DNA of 64,000 nt from Pseudomonadota bacterium (GCA_963205265.1 CAUJJI010000052.1:1266-65265); one strand, 5' to 3'. Counted from the first letter of the stretch, positions 32,489 through 41,410 are shown. The notes: generated by a model from the sequence alone, not told the origin. Program-made: numbers and translations.

Positions 32489-32863
32489 ATGAGCGACATC
32501 TTGCTGCTGTACCTGGTCACCCGCGCCGGCGCGATCGGCAGTCTGTTCGGCAACGTGGCCATAGCCATTCTGATGTTTGGCGCGTTCGGACTGCTTGCCA
32601 GAGGTGTGTGGATCAGTGATCTTGTGCCGGGCGACGAAGAGGCTGCTGCTTGGAGGCAGTGGCGCCGAATCGCGGTCTGCCTCGCGGTGATGGCAGCCAC
32701 GTCCGGATTCCTGGGCGTCGCCATTCCGAACAGCAAGGACATGGCCATCATCATCGGCGGCAAGATCGCCCTCGATGCCGCCAGAAGCGAGACCAGTCAG
32801 GAGATCGGCGCCGAGGTCTTGGCTGCCGTCCGGGCTCAACTGAAGGCGGCGGCGAAGGAATGA
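32489..32863 (+). CDS. membrane protein, about 3 TM helices (124 aa)
   Basis: GAAGGAAG SD. It is preceded by the only sizeable lower-GC gap in this gene string. Hydrophobic segments ILLLYLVTRAGAIGSLFGNVAIAILMFGAFGLL and IAVCLAVMAATSGFLGVAI. Confidence 0.6.
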   Translation: MSDILLLYLVTRAGAIGSLFGNVAIAILMFGAFGLLARGVWISDLVPGDEEAAAWRQWRRIAVCLAVMAATSGFLGVAIPNSKDMAIIIGGKIALDAARSETSQEIGAEVLAAVRAQLKAAAKE

Positions 32864-33147
32864 TCCCCAGCCCCCAGGCCATTGCCCTGGCCAAGAAGGT
32901 CCACGCAAGGGCCGTCCGCCGGCGCGGCGAGGCGGCGAAGGCACTGCCCGCCAAGCAACTCCAGGACGAGGTCGAACGCCTGGAGAAGTTGGTCGGCGAG
33001 CAGCAGGAGATCATCCGCAGCTACTACCGGATCGTCGCAGTCGTGCGGATCATGGTGCGCAGGTGGCTCGCCGATCGGTACACGGGCCGCGTCGACCACT
33101 GGAAGGACTTGGCCCGTCAGATCGAGGTACTGGACAGATGCAAGTGA
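32860..33147 (+). CDS. hypothetical protein (95 aa)
   Basis: ATGA overlap. MIPSPQAIALAKKVHARAVRRRGEAAKALP. Confidence 0.5.
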   Translation: MIPSPQAIALAKKVHARAVRRRGEAAKALPAKQLQDEVERLEKLVGEQQEIIRSYYRIVAVVRIMVRRWLADRYTGRVDHWKDLARQIEVLDRCK

Positions 33148-33392
33148 CCATCAGACGCTTTGTCGACGGCCGCCCGGTCGACGCCTTCGAGCCCGCCGAG
33201 GAGTTCCGGCCGATGGTCTACGGCCTGGACCAGCTGGAGGTCGGCGACGAGAAGTTCATCCCCTACGGCGACTTGGATCCCTACGTCCTGCGCCACCGGC
33301 TCAGCGCGGCGTTCTGGCGGGCGGCGGAGAAGGGCCGGCACTTCACGCAGCGGGCGAGGGTGGATGGCGTAACGGTTCGGAGGGTTGAATGA
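33138..33392 (+). CDS. hypothetical protein (84 aa)
   Basis: MQVTIRRFVDGRPVDAFEPAEEFRPMVYGLDQLEVGDEKFIPYGDL. Confidence 0.5.
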   Translation: MQVTIRRFVDGRPVDAFEPAEEFRPMVYGLDQLEVGDEKFIPYGDLDPYVLRHRLSAAFWRAAEKGRHFTQRARVDGVTVRRVE

Positions 33393-33763
33393 TGTGGTCG
33401 GATAACCAAGAGCGGTTCTACGGCGCAACGAAGGCGGAGATGGCACGTGCCATTGCGATGAAAGACCTGGGTATGAAACGCGATGCGGGGCCCGAAGTGG
33501 TCACCACCGCTCAGGACATGAGGAAGTGGTTTGCCGGCGGGCTAATGAAGAACCGCCCAATCTACGCCACCGAGCCGCCCCAGGTTTTCGGCGACTACCG
33601 TGTTTCACGTGGATCAGACGGTTGGCACGTCAGCGGGCCGGAGGGGTTCTACAAGCATTTCCACCTGCACCAGCGCTTGCACGCCGAGCTGTTCGCGGCG
33701 GCGCTGAACCTCAATCTGGATGAGGTCGGGCGGATTGGCCGGGAACTTCGAGGGATTGCATGA
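33389..33763 (+). CDS. hypothetical protein (124 aa)
   Basis: ORF track; ATGA overlap. Confidence 0.55.
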   Translation: MMWSDNQERFYGATKAEMARAIAMKDLGMKRDAGPEVVTTAQDMRKWFAGGLMKNRPIYATEPPQVFGDYRVSRGSDGWHVSGPEGFYKHFHLHQRLHAELFAAALNLNLDEVGRIGRELRGIA

Positions 33764-34161
33764 TCGACCCCAGAACCCACAGCGACTTGCTCAACTGGGC
33801 CAGATGGGCGAACCATGGAGACGATGGCGGCCCGCCAGTCCAGCGACAAGCGGCGAGCGCAGAGGGCAGGCACATCCCGGACGCGGACACCGTTTTCGAG
33901 GAATCGCAGGACAAGCCCACCCCGATCTTCGAGACCCGAGCGCGGATCGTCCAGGGCGTCTATGACAGCCGGCTGAGTCATGCCGAGCGGAAGGTGCTGC
34001 AGGCCGAGTATGCACACCGGAAGCGGTATCTGCGGGAGACTCGACGCGGTGCGTGGGTGTTCAGCCGGCCCGCCGCCGCACGGACGCTTGGTATGCCGAT
34101 GAGGATCTACAGTGAGATGCTCGGCCGTTGTTGCCGGCTTGTTCGCGAGGCGCTGGGTTGA
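33760..34161 (+). CDS. putative late-gene antiterminator (Q-like) (133 aa)
   Basis: It is among the last genes before the late operon. N-terminal HSDLLNWARWANHG and central RLSHAERKVLQAEYAHRKRY resemble the phage antitermination Q family. Assigned from position and motif only. Confidence 0.5.
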   Translation: MIDPRTHSDLLNWARWANHGDDGGPPVQRQAASAEGRHIPDADTVFEESQDKPTPIFETRARIVQGVYDSRLSHAERKVLQAEYAHRKRYLRETRRGAWVFSRPAAARTLGMPMRIYSEMLGRCCRLVREALG

Positions 34162-34382
34162 AATACGGTCGTGAGGTCATCTCGCTGCTGGCGGCCCACC
34201 CCGGTCGGGAGTTCCGTTTCAAGGAGATCCAGACCTACGTCTGCCTGACGCTCAGGATCCAGCGGGCGAACACCACGAAGGTCGGCGTCCAGCGAGTGCT
34301 GTCGACCCTATCCGAGGAAACCAAGTCCATCCGGGTCATCCAGGGCAAGCGGCGGAATCGATATGTCTGGATTGGTACATGA
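34158..34382 (+). CDS. small hypothetical protein, winged-helix-like (74 aa, TTG start uncertain)
   Basis: The frame of track ORF 34128-34382 is used. The TTG at 34158 overlaps the Q-like stop. KYGREVISLLAAHPGREFRFKEIQTYVCLTL... Confidence 0.35.
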   Translation: MKYGREVISLLAAHPGREFRFKEIQTYVCLTLRIQRANTTKVGVQRVLSTLSEETKSIRVIQGKRRNRYVWIGT

Positions 34383-34455
34383 AGTCCATGAGTATCGGCA
34401 CGCAGTTCGGTACATTACGTGCAGGGAAGTTGCGTCCAGCGCTTCCATCGCCTTC

Positions 34456-34528
34456 AGCCGCGTAGAGAAGCAGTCAACTCGTTGGGCTCATAACCCGAAG
34501 ACCGCTGGTGCAAATCCAGCCGCGGCAA
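34456..34528 (+). tRNA. initiator-type tRNA-Met(CAT)-like gene, degenerate
   Basis: Hand-folded cloverleaf. Acceptor AGCCGCG/CGCGGCA with a 1:72 A-A mismatch. Anticodon arm TTGGG-CTCATAA-CCCGA is 1 nt from my recollection of the E. coli tRNA-fMet sequence and has three G:C pairs next to the loop. T arm GCTGG-TGCAAAT-CCAGC. Discriminator A. The D loop lacks GG, the T loop has G at position 55, and the 3' end is CCC rather than CCA. Confidence 0.55.
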
Positions 34529-34580
34529 CCCTGTCTCCTCCACCTCCTCTCTGAGATGGATTGCCCTTCTGGGCGTTTTC

Positions 34581-34608
34581 TTCGAATATCACAGTTTTTG
34601 TGATATCA
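34581..34608 (+). promoter_or_regulatory. candidate late promoter/operator with a perfect palindrome
   Basis: TTCGAA-ATATCACA-GTTTT-TGTGATAT-CAT. Palindrome ATATCACA/TGTGATAT lies at 34586-34606. TATCAT is a possible -10, 16 nt after TTCGAA. A second TCACAGAATCGGTGA dyad sits just before the first late ORF. Confidence 0.45.
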
Positions 34609-34641
34609 TGCGCTTGTCTTCGGTCACAGAATCGGTGATTT

Positions 34642-34824
34642 ATGACAGGCGAAGAGTACCGGGTGGCCTTGCGCAGGCTCGGCTGGTCCCAGGCCAAATT
34701 GGCGGGGCGGCTCGGATTCCATGTGAATTCCGCAACCAACTGGGGCAAATCGGGTCCGCCGGCCCATGTTGTTGAGTATCTGAGGGTGATGTTGCTGGCC
34801 CGGGAGATGCTCGATGGCGCTTGA
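34642..34824 (+). CDS. small XRE-type HTH protein (60 aa)
   Basis: EEYRVALRRLGWSQAKLAGRLGFHVNSATNWGKSG helix-turn-helix pattern. First ORF of the rightward late block. Confidence 0.65.
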   Translation: MTGEEYRVALRRLGWSQAKLAGRLGFHVNSATNWGKSGPPAHVVEYLRVMLLAREMLDGA

Positions 34825-35494
34825 GACGATCAGGGCCGTCCGAGAGATCCAGGCCGAGACCCTGCTGGCGTTCTCGACCGGGAAGGACGCGATCGCGGCA
34901 TGGCTCGCCGTCCGCGAGCACTTCGACCGGGTCCATCCGTACTACTTGTACCTGATCCCGGGTCTGGAGTTCGTCGAAGAGTCCCTCGACTACTACGAAG
35001 GGTTCTTCGGAGAGCGCATCGCCAGACTTCCGCACCCGAGCCTTCATCGGTGGCTGAACAATCTGGTTTTCCAGCCCCCAGAGCGTTGCGCGGTGATCGA
35101 GCAGGCGGGTTTGCCGAATCACAGCTATGTCGACGCGTGTCGCGTGCTGTGCGAGGACAAGGGGCTGCCGAATCTGCTCGCGGCTGACGGCGTCCGGGCG
35201 GCGGACAGTCCGATGCGTCGCATCGCGATATCCCGGCATGGCCCGATCAGCAAGCGGTCCAGCAGGTATCACCCTATCTGGGATCTGGTGAAGACCGATT
35301 TGGTCGACCTGTTCAGAAAGAGCGGCGCGAGGCTGCCGGTCGACTACCGGATCTGGGGCCGGAGCTTCGACGGTATCGATGCGCGGTTCCTGGTGCCGAT
35401 GAAGCGACATCTCCCGAGGGACTACCGGCGAGTACTGGAATGGTTCCCGCTCGCGGAGATGGAGGTCTATCGATGGGAGAGGGCCCATGGATGA
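34814..35494 (+). CDS. PAPS-reductase-like (PP-loop ATPase fold) protein (226 aa)
   Basis: N-terminal LLAFSTGKDAIAAW resembles the SGGKDS PP-loop. The size and the position just upstream of the terminase genes are typical of phage PAPS-reductase-family proteins. Confidence 0.6.
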   Translation: MALETIRAVREIQAETLLAFSTGKDAIAAWLAVREHFDRVHPYYLYLIPGLEFVEESLDYYEGFFGERIARLPHPSLHRWLNNLVFQPPERCAVIEQAGLPNHSYVDACRVLCEDKGLPNLLAADGVRAADSPMRRIAISRHGPISKRSSRYHPIWDLVKTDLVDLFRKSGARLPVDYRIWGRSFDGIDARFLVPMKRHLPRDYRRVLEWFPLAEMEVYRWERAHG

Positions 35495-35891
35495 CCGAGT
35501 CCGGAGGGCGAAGGAAGAGGCCGCCGCGAAGATCCGCCGAGTTCGCGCAAGAAGGCGCGCTCCGTATGTCGACATGCCGGAACCGACCGGCGACGCCGAA
35601 GTGGACAGCTTCGCTGATCTTGACGCGGTGCAGGCCGGCTTCAGGAGGCGAGCCAAGGATGAATCGGCCCGCTTCAACGAAGTCACGGACAGTGAATACT
35701 GGTTCGCGGTCTGCTTCAAGACTCGGGCACAGAGAGAGGCTTTCCTGGCGGCGATCAAACAGTCGCCGGACGGCAAGTACCTCGACGGCGAAGCCATTGC
35801 CAGGGCGCTCGGCATTGAGTTGCCCGAGGCCGATGTGAAGTTCCATGACGTATCTCGTGTCGATAAGACATGGATTGAATTTGCGAGGTGA
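35487..35891 (+). CDS. hypothetical protein (134 aa)
   Basis: ORF track. Confidence 0.55.
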   Translation: MDDRVRRAKEEAAAKIRRVRARRRAPYVDMPEPTGDAEVDSFADLDAVQAGFRRRAKDESARFNEVTDSEYWFAVCFKTRAQREAFLAAIKQSPDGKYLDGEAIARALGIELPEADVKFHDVSRVDKTWIEFAR

Positions 35892-35893
35892 CC

Positions 35894-36007
35894 ATGCGTG
35901 GACGAATGAATGCCGGTCAACGGCGAGCCTACAACGCGGCCTTGGCTCGCGGCCTTTCGCCTCGAACCGCCCGCCGTCGTGCGGCTGCCGCCCTAGCGGG
36001 GTCGTAA
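35894..36007 (+). CDS. possible Arg-rich peptide (37 aa)
   Basis: MRGRMNAGQRRAYNAALARGLSPRTARRRAAAALAGS. Fills the gap before terS. Confidence 0.25.
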   Translation: MRGRMNAGQRRAYNAALARGLSPRTARRRAAAALAGS

Positions 36008-36016
36008 AAACACCAG

Positions 36017-36517
36017 ATGCGTTGTGGGGCTAAAACCCGCTCGGGCGCGCCGTGCAAATCACGAGCCATGCCCAACGGCAGGTGCAGGATGCATGGAGGT
36101 ACGGCATCCAAGACCCACAAGGGGAATCAAAACGCCCGGACCCACGGCATCTACAGCAATGTCCTGACCGATCAGGAGAAAGCGCTGTGGATCGAAGTCG
36201 AGCTCGGTAAGGTCGACGACGAGCTGCGGCTGTGTCGCATTCGGCTGGTCAGGGCGCTTGAGGCCGAGAAGGAAGCGACCGGCTTAGAGCTTGAGGTCAG
36301 GACCGAGAAGCCGATGATGGTCGGCGGAGTCCCGGTGACGGATGAAGATCCGGTCGAGGAGCGGACCTACCGGCGCAGGGATTACCCGGCGATCATCGAC
36401 AAGCTGATGGGCCGGATTGAAAGCCTCGAGCGGACCCGCCAGGAGTTGAGCAAGGGGGCGGGAAGCCCGGACGTGGCGAAGGCTCTGGCCGATGCCATCG
36501 CAAGCCTACCGGATTGA
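36017..36517 (+). CDS. terS: terminase small subunit (166 aa)
   Basis: CGAKTRSGAPCKSRAMPNGRCRMHGGTASKTHKGNQNARTHGIYS motif seen in a class of phage small terminases. Immediately upstream of terL. Confidence 0.7.
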   Translation: MRCGAKTRSGAPCKSRAMPNGRCRMHGGTASKTHKGNQNARTHGIYSNVLTDQEKALWIEVELGKVDDELRLCRIRLVRALEAEKEATGLELEVRTEKPMMVGGVPVTDEDPVEERTYRRRDYPAIIDKLMGRIESLERTRQELSKGAGSPDVAKALADAIASLPD

Positions 36518-37833
36518 GCACAGGCAACCTCGCGCTTGATCGCCAGTTGGCGCGCTGGTATCCGCTGATTCCCCATTCCGTTCAGTTGGCTCTCGTCGCT
36601 GCGGTGCCGTCTGGTGTTCGGTTCCCGCTGGTTCCGGCGGGACGAAGAAGCGGGAAGACGGAGAGGTTCAAGCGGTTCCTCGTGAAGCAGGCGAGCCGGA
36701 TTCCTGGTCCTTACTTCGCCGCGGCGCCGACGCACGACCAGGCGAAGAAGATCTTCTGGGACGACCTGAAGGCGTTCTCGCTTTCGGCCATGCACCCGAA
36801 GAGACCGTCCGAGTCCGACCGGATCATCTACCTACCCAACGGCAGCGAGATTCACGTCGTGGGCCTGGACAAGCCGCAGCGGATCGAGGGCGTCCCGTGG
36901 AAGGGCGGCGGGATTGACGAGTTCGCCGACATCAAGGCCGATGCCTGGGAAGCCAACATCCTGCCGGCCCTGAACACGGTCAACCCGCTGGACCCGGACT
37001 ACCGGGCGTGGTGCTGGTTGCTGGGCGTTCCGGACGGTCTGAACCACTACTACGACCTGTGCTCTCAGGCCGAGACGGGAGCAGACCCGAACTTCAAGGT
37101 ATTCCACTGGAAGTCCGCCGAGATTCTTCCGCCGGACGTCATTGACGCCATGAAGCGGGCGATGTCGGCCAAGCAGTTCCGACAGGAGTTCGAGGCTTCC
37201 TTCGAGACCGCCTCGGGCAGGATCTACGAGGACTACAGCAAGGCCAATCACACCGGCGAGACGATCCGGCCGCATGAGCAACTGATGTGGATGCACGATC
37301 AGAACTACACGCCGCTGTCGTCGGCTATCGCTGTCAGGCGGGATGACGACATCCTGATTCTTGACGAGATCGTGCTGACTAGCGCCGTGTCGAAGCAGTC
37401 CGCCGTGGAGTTCGTCGAGAAGTTCGCCGGTCACCAAAACAAGGATGTCATCCTGTACGGCGATCCGGCGGGAAGGGCCGGCGAGAAGCATGGCCACGCG
37501 TCCGACTACACGGATATCGAGGGCGTGCTGAGGGTGGAAGGCTGGAAAGTGACCCGGAAGGTTCGACCCGCCGCGCCCGCAATCAAGGACCGGCAGAACG
37601 CGGTGCGCGCGAAGATCAGGACTGCTGACGGCCATACGTCCTTGTTCGTCAATCCCGTCACTGCGAAGTGGTGCGACAAGGGCCTGGCAACGGTTCAACT
37701 GAAGGAAGGATCGACCTTCCAGGAAGACCAGTCCAACAAGTACCAGCACATCACGACGGCCATAGGCTACTGCGTGGATCGTGAGTGGCCTGCCGTGAAG
37801 AGAACTGCTACCGTCTCCCCGCTGCGCGCATGA
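36514..37833 (+). CDS. terL: terminase large subunit (439 aa, TTG start)
   Basis: Walker A-like VPAGRRSGKTE. The size and the position before the portal gene fit terL. A C-terminal nuclease-type acidic region is present. Confidence 0.85.
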   Translation: MSTGNLALDRQLARWYPLIPHSVQLALVAAVPSGVRFPLVPAGRRSGKTERFKRFLVKQASRIPGPYFAAAPTHDQAKKIFWDDLKAFSLSAMHPKRPSESDRIIYLPNGSEIHVVGLDKPQRIEGVPWKGGGIDEFADIKADAWEANILPALNTVNPLDPDYRAWCWLLGVPDGLNHYYDLCSQAETGADPNFKVFHWKSAEILPPDVIDAMKRAMSAKQFRQEFEASFETASGRIYEDYSKANHTGETIRPHEQLMWMHDQNYTPLSSAIAVRRDDDILILDEIVLTSAVSKQSAVEFVEKFAGHQNKDVILYGDPAGRAGEKHGHASDYTDIEGVLRVEGWKVTRKVRPAAPAIKDRQNAVRAKIRTADGHTSLFVNPVTAKWCDKGLATVQLKEGSTFQEDQSNKYQHITTAIGYCVDREWPAVKRTATVSPLRA

Positions 37834-39215
37834 ACGTCAATGACCCGAGCCCCGCAGTCACAGAGATGGCTGCGGACTGGCCTATGGTCGACGCCCTGAT
37901 GCAGGGCACCCGTGCGATGCGGGGCAAGGGTACGGCCCTGATGCCAAGATGGCCGGCTGAGGAGCAGGACGCCTACGCCGCGCGTCTTTCGCAGGCAACG
38001 CTGTTTCCGGCGTTCCGAAGAACAGTCGGCGTCATGGTCGGCAAGCCATTCTCGAAGGAACTGACCTTTGGGGACGACGTGCCGGCGCGCATCGTCGATC
38101 TCTGTCAGGACTGCGACCTTCAAGGCCGAAGTTTGCATGTATTCGCTGTCGACGTGGCAACGGAGTGCATGGCGAAGGGGATCTCCGGGGTGCTCGTCGA
38201 GTATCCGCGGGTTGCCTCTGGCGTCCGCACGCAAGCCGATGAGGCCAGGGTCGGCGCTAGGCCCTACCTGGTCCATGTCAAGGCAGGACAGGTGCTCGGC
38301 TGGCGCACAGAACCGAGTCCAGGCGGCGCGACACGTCTCGTCCAGCTTCGGCTGATGGAGACTGTCGAGGAGCCCGAGGGCGAGTTCGGCACCAAGGATG
38401 TCCCGCAGGTTCGCGTCCTGGAGCCCGGCCGAGTGAGGCTGTTTCGAGAGGGAAAGGAGGGCAAGTTCGTCGAGGTCGAGTCGTGGTTCACTACGATCAC
38501 TGAGATTCCCTTCGTTCCATTCTACGGATTCCGCAAGGCGTTCATGGTCGGCGATGGCCCGCTCACGGATCTTGCCTATCTGAACGTCAAGCACTGGCAG
38601 TCTCAGTCGGATCAGGACTGGATCACCCACGTTGCTCGCGTTCCGATCCTCGTGACTGTCGGTGCCGATCATACCGACGTGATTGTCGGAGCGTCGACGG
38701 CCATCAGGCTGCCCGAGAATGCCGACATGAAGTATGTCGAGCATACCGGGGCCGCAATCGACGCCGGTAGGCAATCGCTCGACGACCTGGAAGACCAGAT
38801 GCGGCAGACCGGCGCAGAGCTTCTGGTTCTGAAAAGCAGTGGCCCGGAACGATCGGCTACCGAGGCGTCAAACGATGCCGATGCCAACAAGTCTGACCTG
38901 CAGCGGATCTCCGAGGGCTTTGAAGACAGCCTGGACCAGGTACTCCAGTTCATGGCGGACTGGCTCAAGCTACCCAGGGGCGGCCACGTCGAGCTATTCA
39001 AGGAGTTCGGGCTGTCCAGCCTGTCCGACGCCATGGCGACATTGATCCTGAGCGCTCAGTCTCAGGGCCTGATCTCGAAAGAGACCGCCCTGAACGAGTT
39101 CAAGCGTCGGGGCATCCTGTCGGCCGAAGTTGATCCGGAAGCCGAGGCTGAGAGGGTCCAGCAGGACGGACCGGCGCTGGGACTGATGGATGACGGCCAA
39201 CGAAAGGCTGCTTGA
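37830..39215 (+). CDS. portal protein (461 aa)
   Basis: ATGA overlap with terL. MNVNDPSPAVTEMAADWPMVDALMQGTRAMRGKGTALMPRWPAEEQDAYAARL is typical of DUF4055-type portals. Confidence 0.8.
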   Translation: MNVNDPSPAVTEMAADWPMVDALMQGTRAMRGKGTALMPRWPAEEQDAYAARLSQATLFPAFRRTVGVMVGKPFSKELTFGDDVPARIVDLCQDCDLQGRSLHVFAVDVATECMAKGISGVLVEYPRVASGVRTQADEARVGARPYLVHVKAGQVLGWRTEPSPGGATRLVQLRLMETVEEPEGEFGTKDVPQVRVLEPGRVRLFREGKEGKFVEVESWFTTITEIPFVPFYGFRKAFMVGDGPLTDLAYLNVKHWQSQSDQDWITHVARVPILVTVGADHTDVIVGASTAIRLPENADMKYVEHTGAAIDAGRQSLDDLEDQMRQTGAELLVLKSSGPERSATEASNDADANKSDLQRISEGFEDSLDQVLQFMADWLKLPRGGHVELFKEFGLSSLSDAMATLILSAQSQGLISKETALNEFKRRGILSAEVDPEAEAERVQQDGPALGLMDDGQRKAA

Positions 39216-40278
39216 GGAGTCGATCCGCCACGCGGTCTACTTCTCGCGGTACTCGAACGGGGTTGTCAGGCGGTTTATCGCGTTGTTGAACCGTGTCGAT
39301 GCCGACCTGTTCGCTCAGTTGGCGGTTGCCCTGGAAGGGATCACGGAAGACCGGCTGGAGCGCCTGGAGTCGGTGCTGTTCTCGGTCCGGACGCTGAACA
39401 TCCAGGCGTACCGCGAGGCCGGCCTACTCCTACGCGCCGAGCTTCGTGACCTGGCCGCCTATGAGGCGTCCTATCAGGCGCAGATGATCGAGGGGCTGGT
39501 CCCGGTTCGGGTGCACACGGTGTCACCCGATACCGTCTACGCGGCTGCGCTGGGCCGACCTTTCCAGGGGCGCTTACTGACCGAGTGGTCAGATAGCATC
39601 GAGGCAACCAGGATGACGAGGATCCGGGACGCGATCCGGATCGGCATCACCGAGGGCCAGACGACGGGCGACATCGTCCGCCGGGTCCGTGGTACGCGGG
39701 CCAAGGGCTACCAGGACGGCATCATCGAGATCGACCGGCGCAGCGCCGAGACCATTGTCCGGACGGCCTTGGCTCACACTGCTCAGGTGGCGCGGACGCA
39801 GTTCGACGAAGCGAACCTGGACCTGATCAAGGGCTTCAAGTGGGTGTCGACCTTGGACGGACGGACCTCGAAGCTCTGCATGGTCAGGGACGGCAAGCGG
39901 TACGACACGGAGTACAGGCCGGTCGGGCATAGCATCCCCTGGCTATCCGGGCCGGGTCGGCTTCACTTCGGCTGCCGGTCGACCAGTACCCGCATCCTGA
40001 AGTCCTGGCGCGAGATGGGCATTGACCTGGACGAAGCCCTGGCCGGAACCCGGGCGAGCCTGGACGGGCAGGTGCCGGCCGAGATGACCTACGGGCAGTG
40101 GCTGAAGAAGCAGCTGGCGGATGTCCAGGACGACGTTCTCGGACCCGTCAGGGGTAAGCTTTTCCGACAGGGCGGCATCGAGTTCGACAAGTTCGCCAAC
40201 GACAAGGGCGTATGGCTGGACTTGGATGCCCTCCGGAAGCGTGATGCTGCCGCCTTCAAGCGGGCGGGCCTAGAATGA
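39190..40278 (+). CDS. head morphogenesis protein (SPP1 gp7 / Mu F-like) (362 aa)
   Basis: FKWVSTLDGRTSKLCMVRDGKRY...GPGRLHFGCRST motif of the MuF family. Follows the portal gene. Confidence 0.8.
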   Translation: MTANERLLEESIRHAVYFSRYSNGVVRRFIALLNRVDADLFAQLAVALEGITEDRLERLESVLFSVRTLNIQAYREAGLLLRAELRDLAAYEASYQAQMIEGLVPVRVHTVSPDTVYAAALGRPFQGRLLTEWSDSIEATRMTRIRDAIRIGITEGQTTGDIVRRVRGTRAKGYQDGIIEIDRRSAETIVRTALAHTAQVARTQFDEANLDLIKGFKWVSTLDGRTSKLCMVRDGKRYDTEYRPVGHSIPWLSGPGRLHFGCRSTSTRILKSWREMGIDLDEALAGTRASLDGQVPAEMTYGQWLKKQLADVQDDVLGPVRGKLFRQGGIEFDKFANDKGVWLDLDALRKRDAAAFKRAGLE

Positions 40279-40282
40279 GCCC

Positions 40283-40522
40283 GTGCCAGACTTCAAGGTC
40301 ATCGACGGAACGCCGCCACCAGACACGCCGAAGGAGCGCGTCAGGAGGCGCATACGCGCCGTCGCGCCACCGCACATGTTTTCGTGCCACCGCTGTGGTG
40401 GCCTGGAAACGATCGAAACCAAGATCGGGATGACGTTCAAGAACGGCCGCCCTTCCGGTGGCACGAAGACCTGGCTCTGCGCGCTGTGCTTCATGCGCGG
40501 CGAGCGAGTCGTATTGAAGTAA
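40283..40522 (+). CDS. small zinc-ribbon protein (79 aa)
   Basis: FSCHRCGG...WLCALCF. Confidence 0.5.
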   Translation: MPDFKVIDGTPPPDTPKERVRRRIRAVAPPHMFSCHRCGGLETIETKIGMTFKNGRPSGGTKTWLCALCFMRGERVVLK

Positions 40523-40541
40523 CCGACCACTAACTTATCAA

Positions 40542-40577
40542 GGCCCGCACGGGAAACCGTAGCGGGCCTTTTCATTT
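40542..40577 (+). terminator. intrinsic terminator
   Basis: GGCCCGC-ACGGGAAACCGTA-GCGGGCC followed by TTTTCATTT. Confidence 0.7.
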
Positions 40578-40660
40578 CAAGGCCGCCCGGACGGATGTCT
40601 CGGCGGCCTTTCTGTTTTGGTCGCGGATGCGGCCGCAGCCCGGGTTGGATGGCCCATCAC

Positions 40661-41401
40661 ATGAAGCTCAAGCTCAACGCAGAAGGTCACGCAGTTGTTG
40701 TCGACGGCAAGCCGGTCTATGTGCATGACGACGGGAAGGAAGTTCCGTTCGATGCGCCCTCGACTGTCCAGACGATCAGCAGGCTCAACGCCGAGGCGAA
40801 ATCCCACCGGGAGCGCGCCGAAGCTGCTGAAGGCAAGCTGAAGCCGTTCGAGGGCATCGAAGACCCCGCGGCGGCTCGCAAGGCCCTGGAGACGGTCGCG
40901 AACCTCGATCAGAAGAAGCTGGTGGATGCCGGCGAGATCGAGAAGGTCAAGGCGGAGATCGGCAAGGCGTTTCAGGCAAAGCTCGACGAGGCCAACAGCC
41001 GCGGCGACAAGCTGGAATCGCAACTGGTCAGCGAGCTGCTCGGCGGCGCCTTCTCTCGGTCGAAGTTCATCGCCGAGAAGCTCGCCATCCCTGCCGACAT
41101 CGTTCAGGCGACCTTCGGAAACCGCTTTCAGATCGAAGACGGGCGCATCCGAGCCAAGGATGCGAACGGCAAGGACATGTACAGCGTTACCCGTCCCGGG
41201 GAGATCGCTGACTTCGAGGAAGCCCTAGCTCTGATCGTCGATGCCTACCCCAACAAGGATTCCATCCTCAAGGGCACGGGTCAGTCCGGCGGCGGAGCAG
41301 GCGAGAGCAAGAGCAACGGCACGAAACAGGGTGACCTCGGCGGTGACAAGGCCGCACGAGTGACGGCGATCAAGTCGAGGTTCCCGGGTCTATCTACGTA
41401 A
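40661..41401 (+). CDS. scaffolding protein (246 aa; alternative ATG at 40649)
   Basis: Helical and charged, located between the MuF-like and major capsid genes. MKLKLNAEGHAVVVDGKPVYVHDDGKEV... Confidence 0.65.
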   Translation: MKLKLNAEGHAVVVDGKPVYVHDDGKEVPFDAPSTVQTISRLNAEAKSHRERAEAAEGKLKPFEGIEDPAAARKALETVANLDQKKLVDAGEIEKVKAEIGKAFQAKLDEANSRGDKLESQLVSELLGGAFSRSKFIAEKLAIPADIVQATFGNRFQIEDGRIRAKDANGKDMYSVTRPGEIADFEEALALIVDAYPNKDSILKGTGQSGGGAGESKSNGTKQGDLGGDKAARVTAIKSRFPGLST

Positions 41402-41410
41402 GGAAACAAG

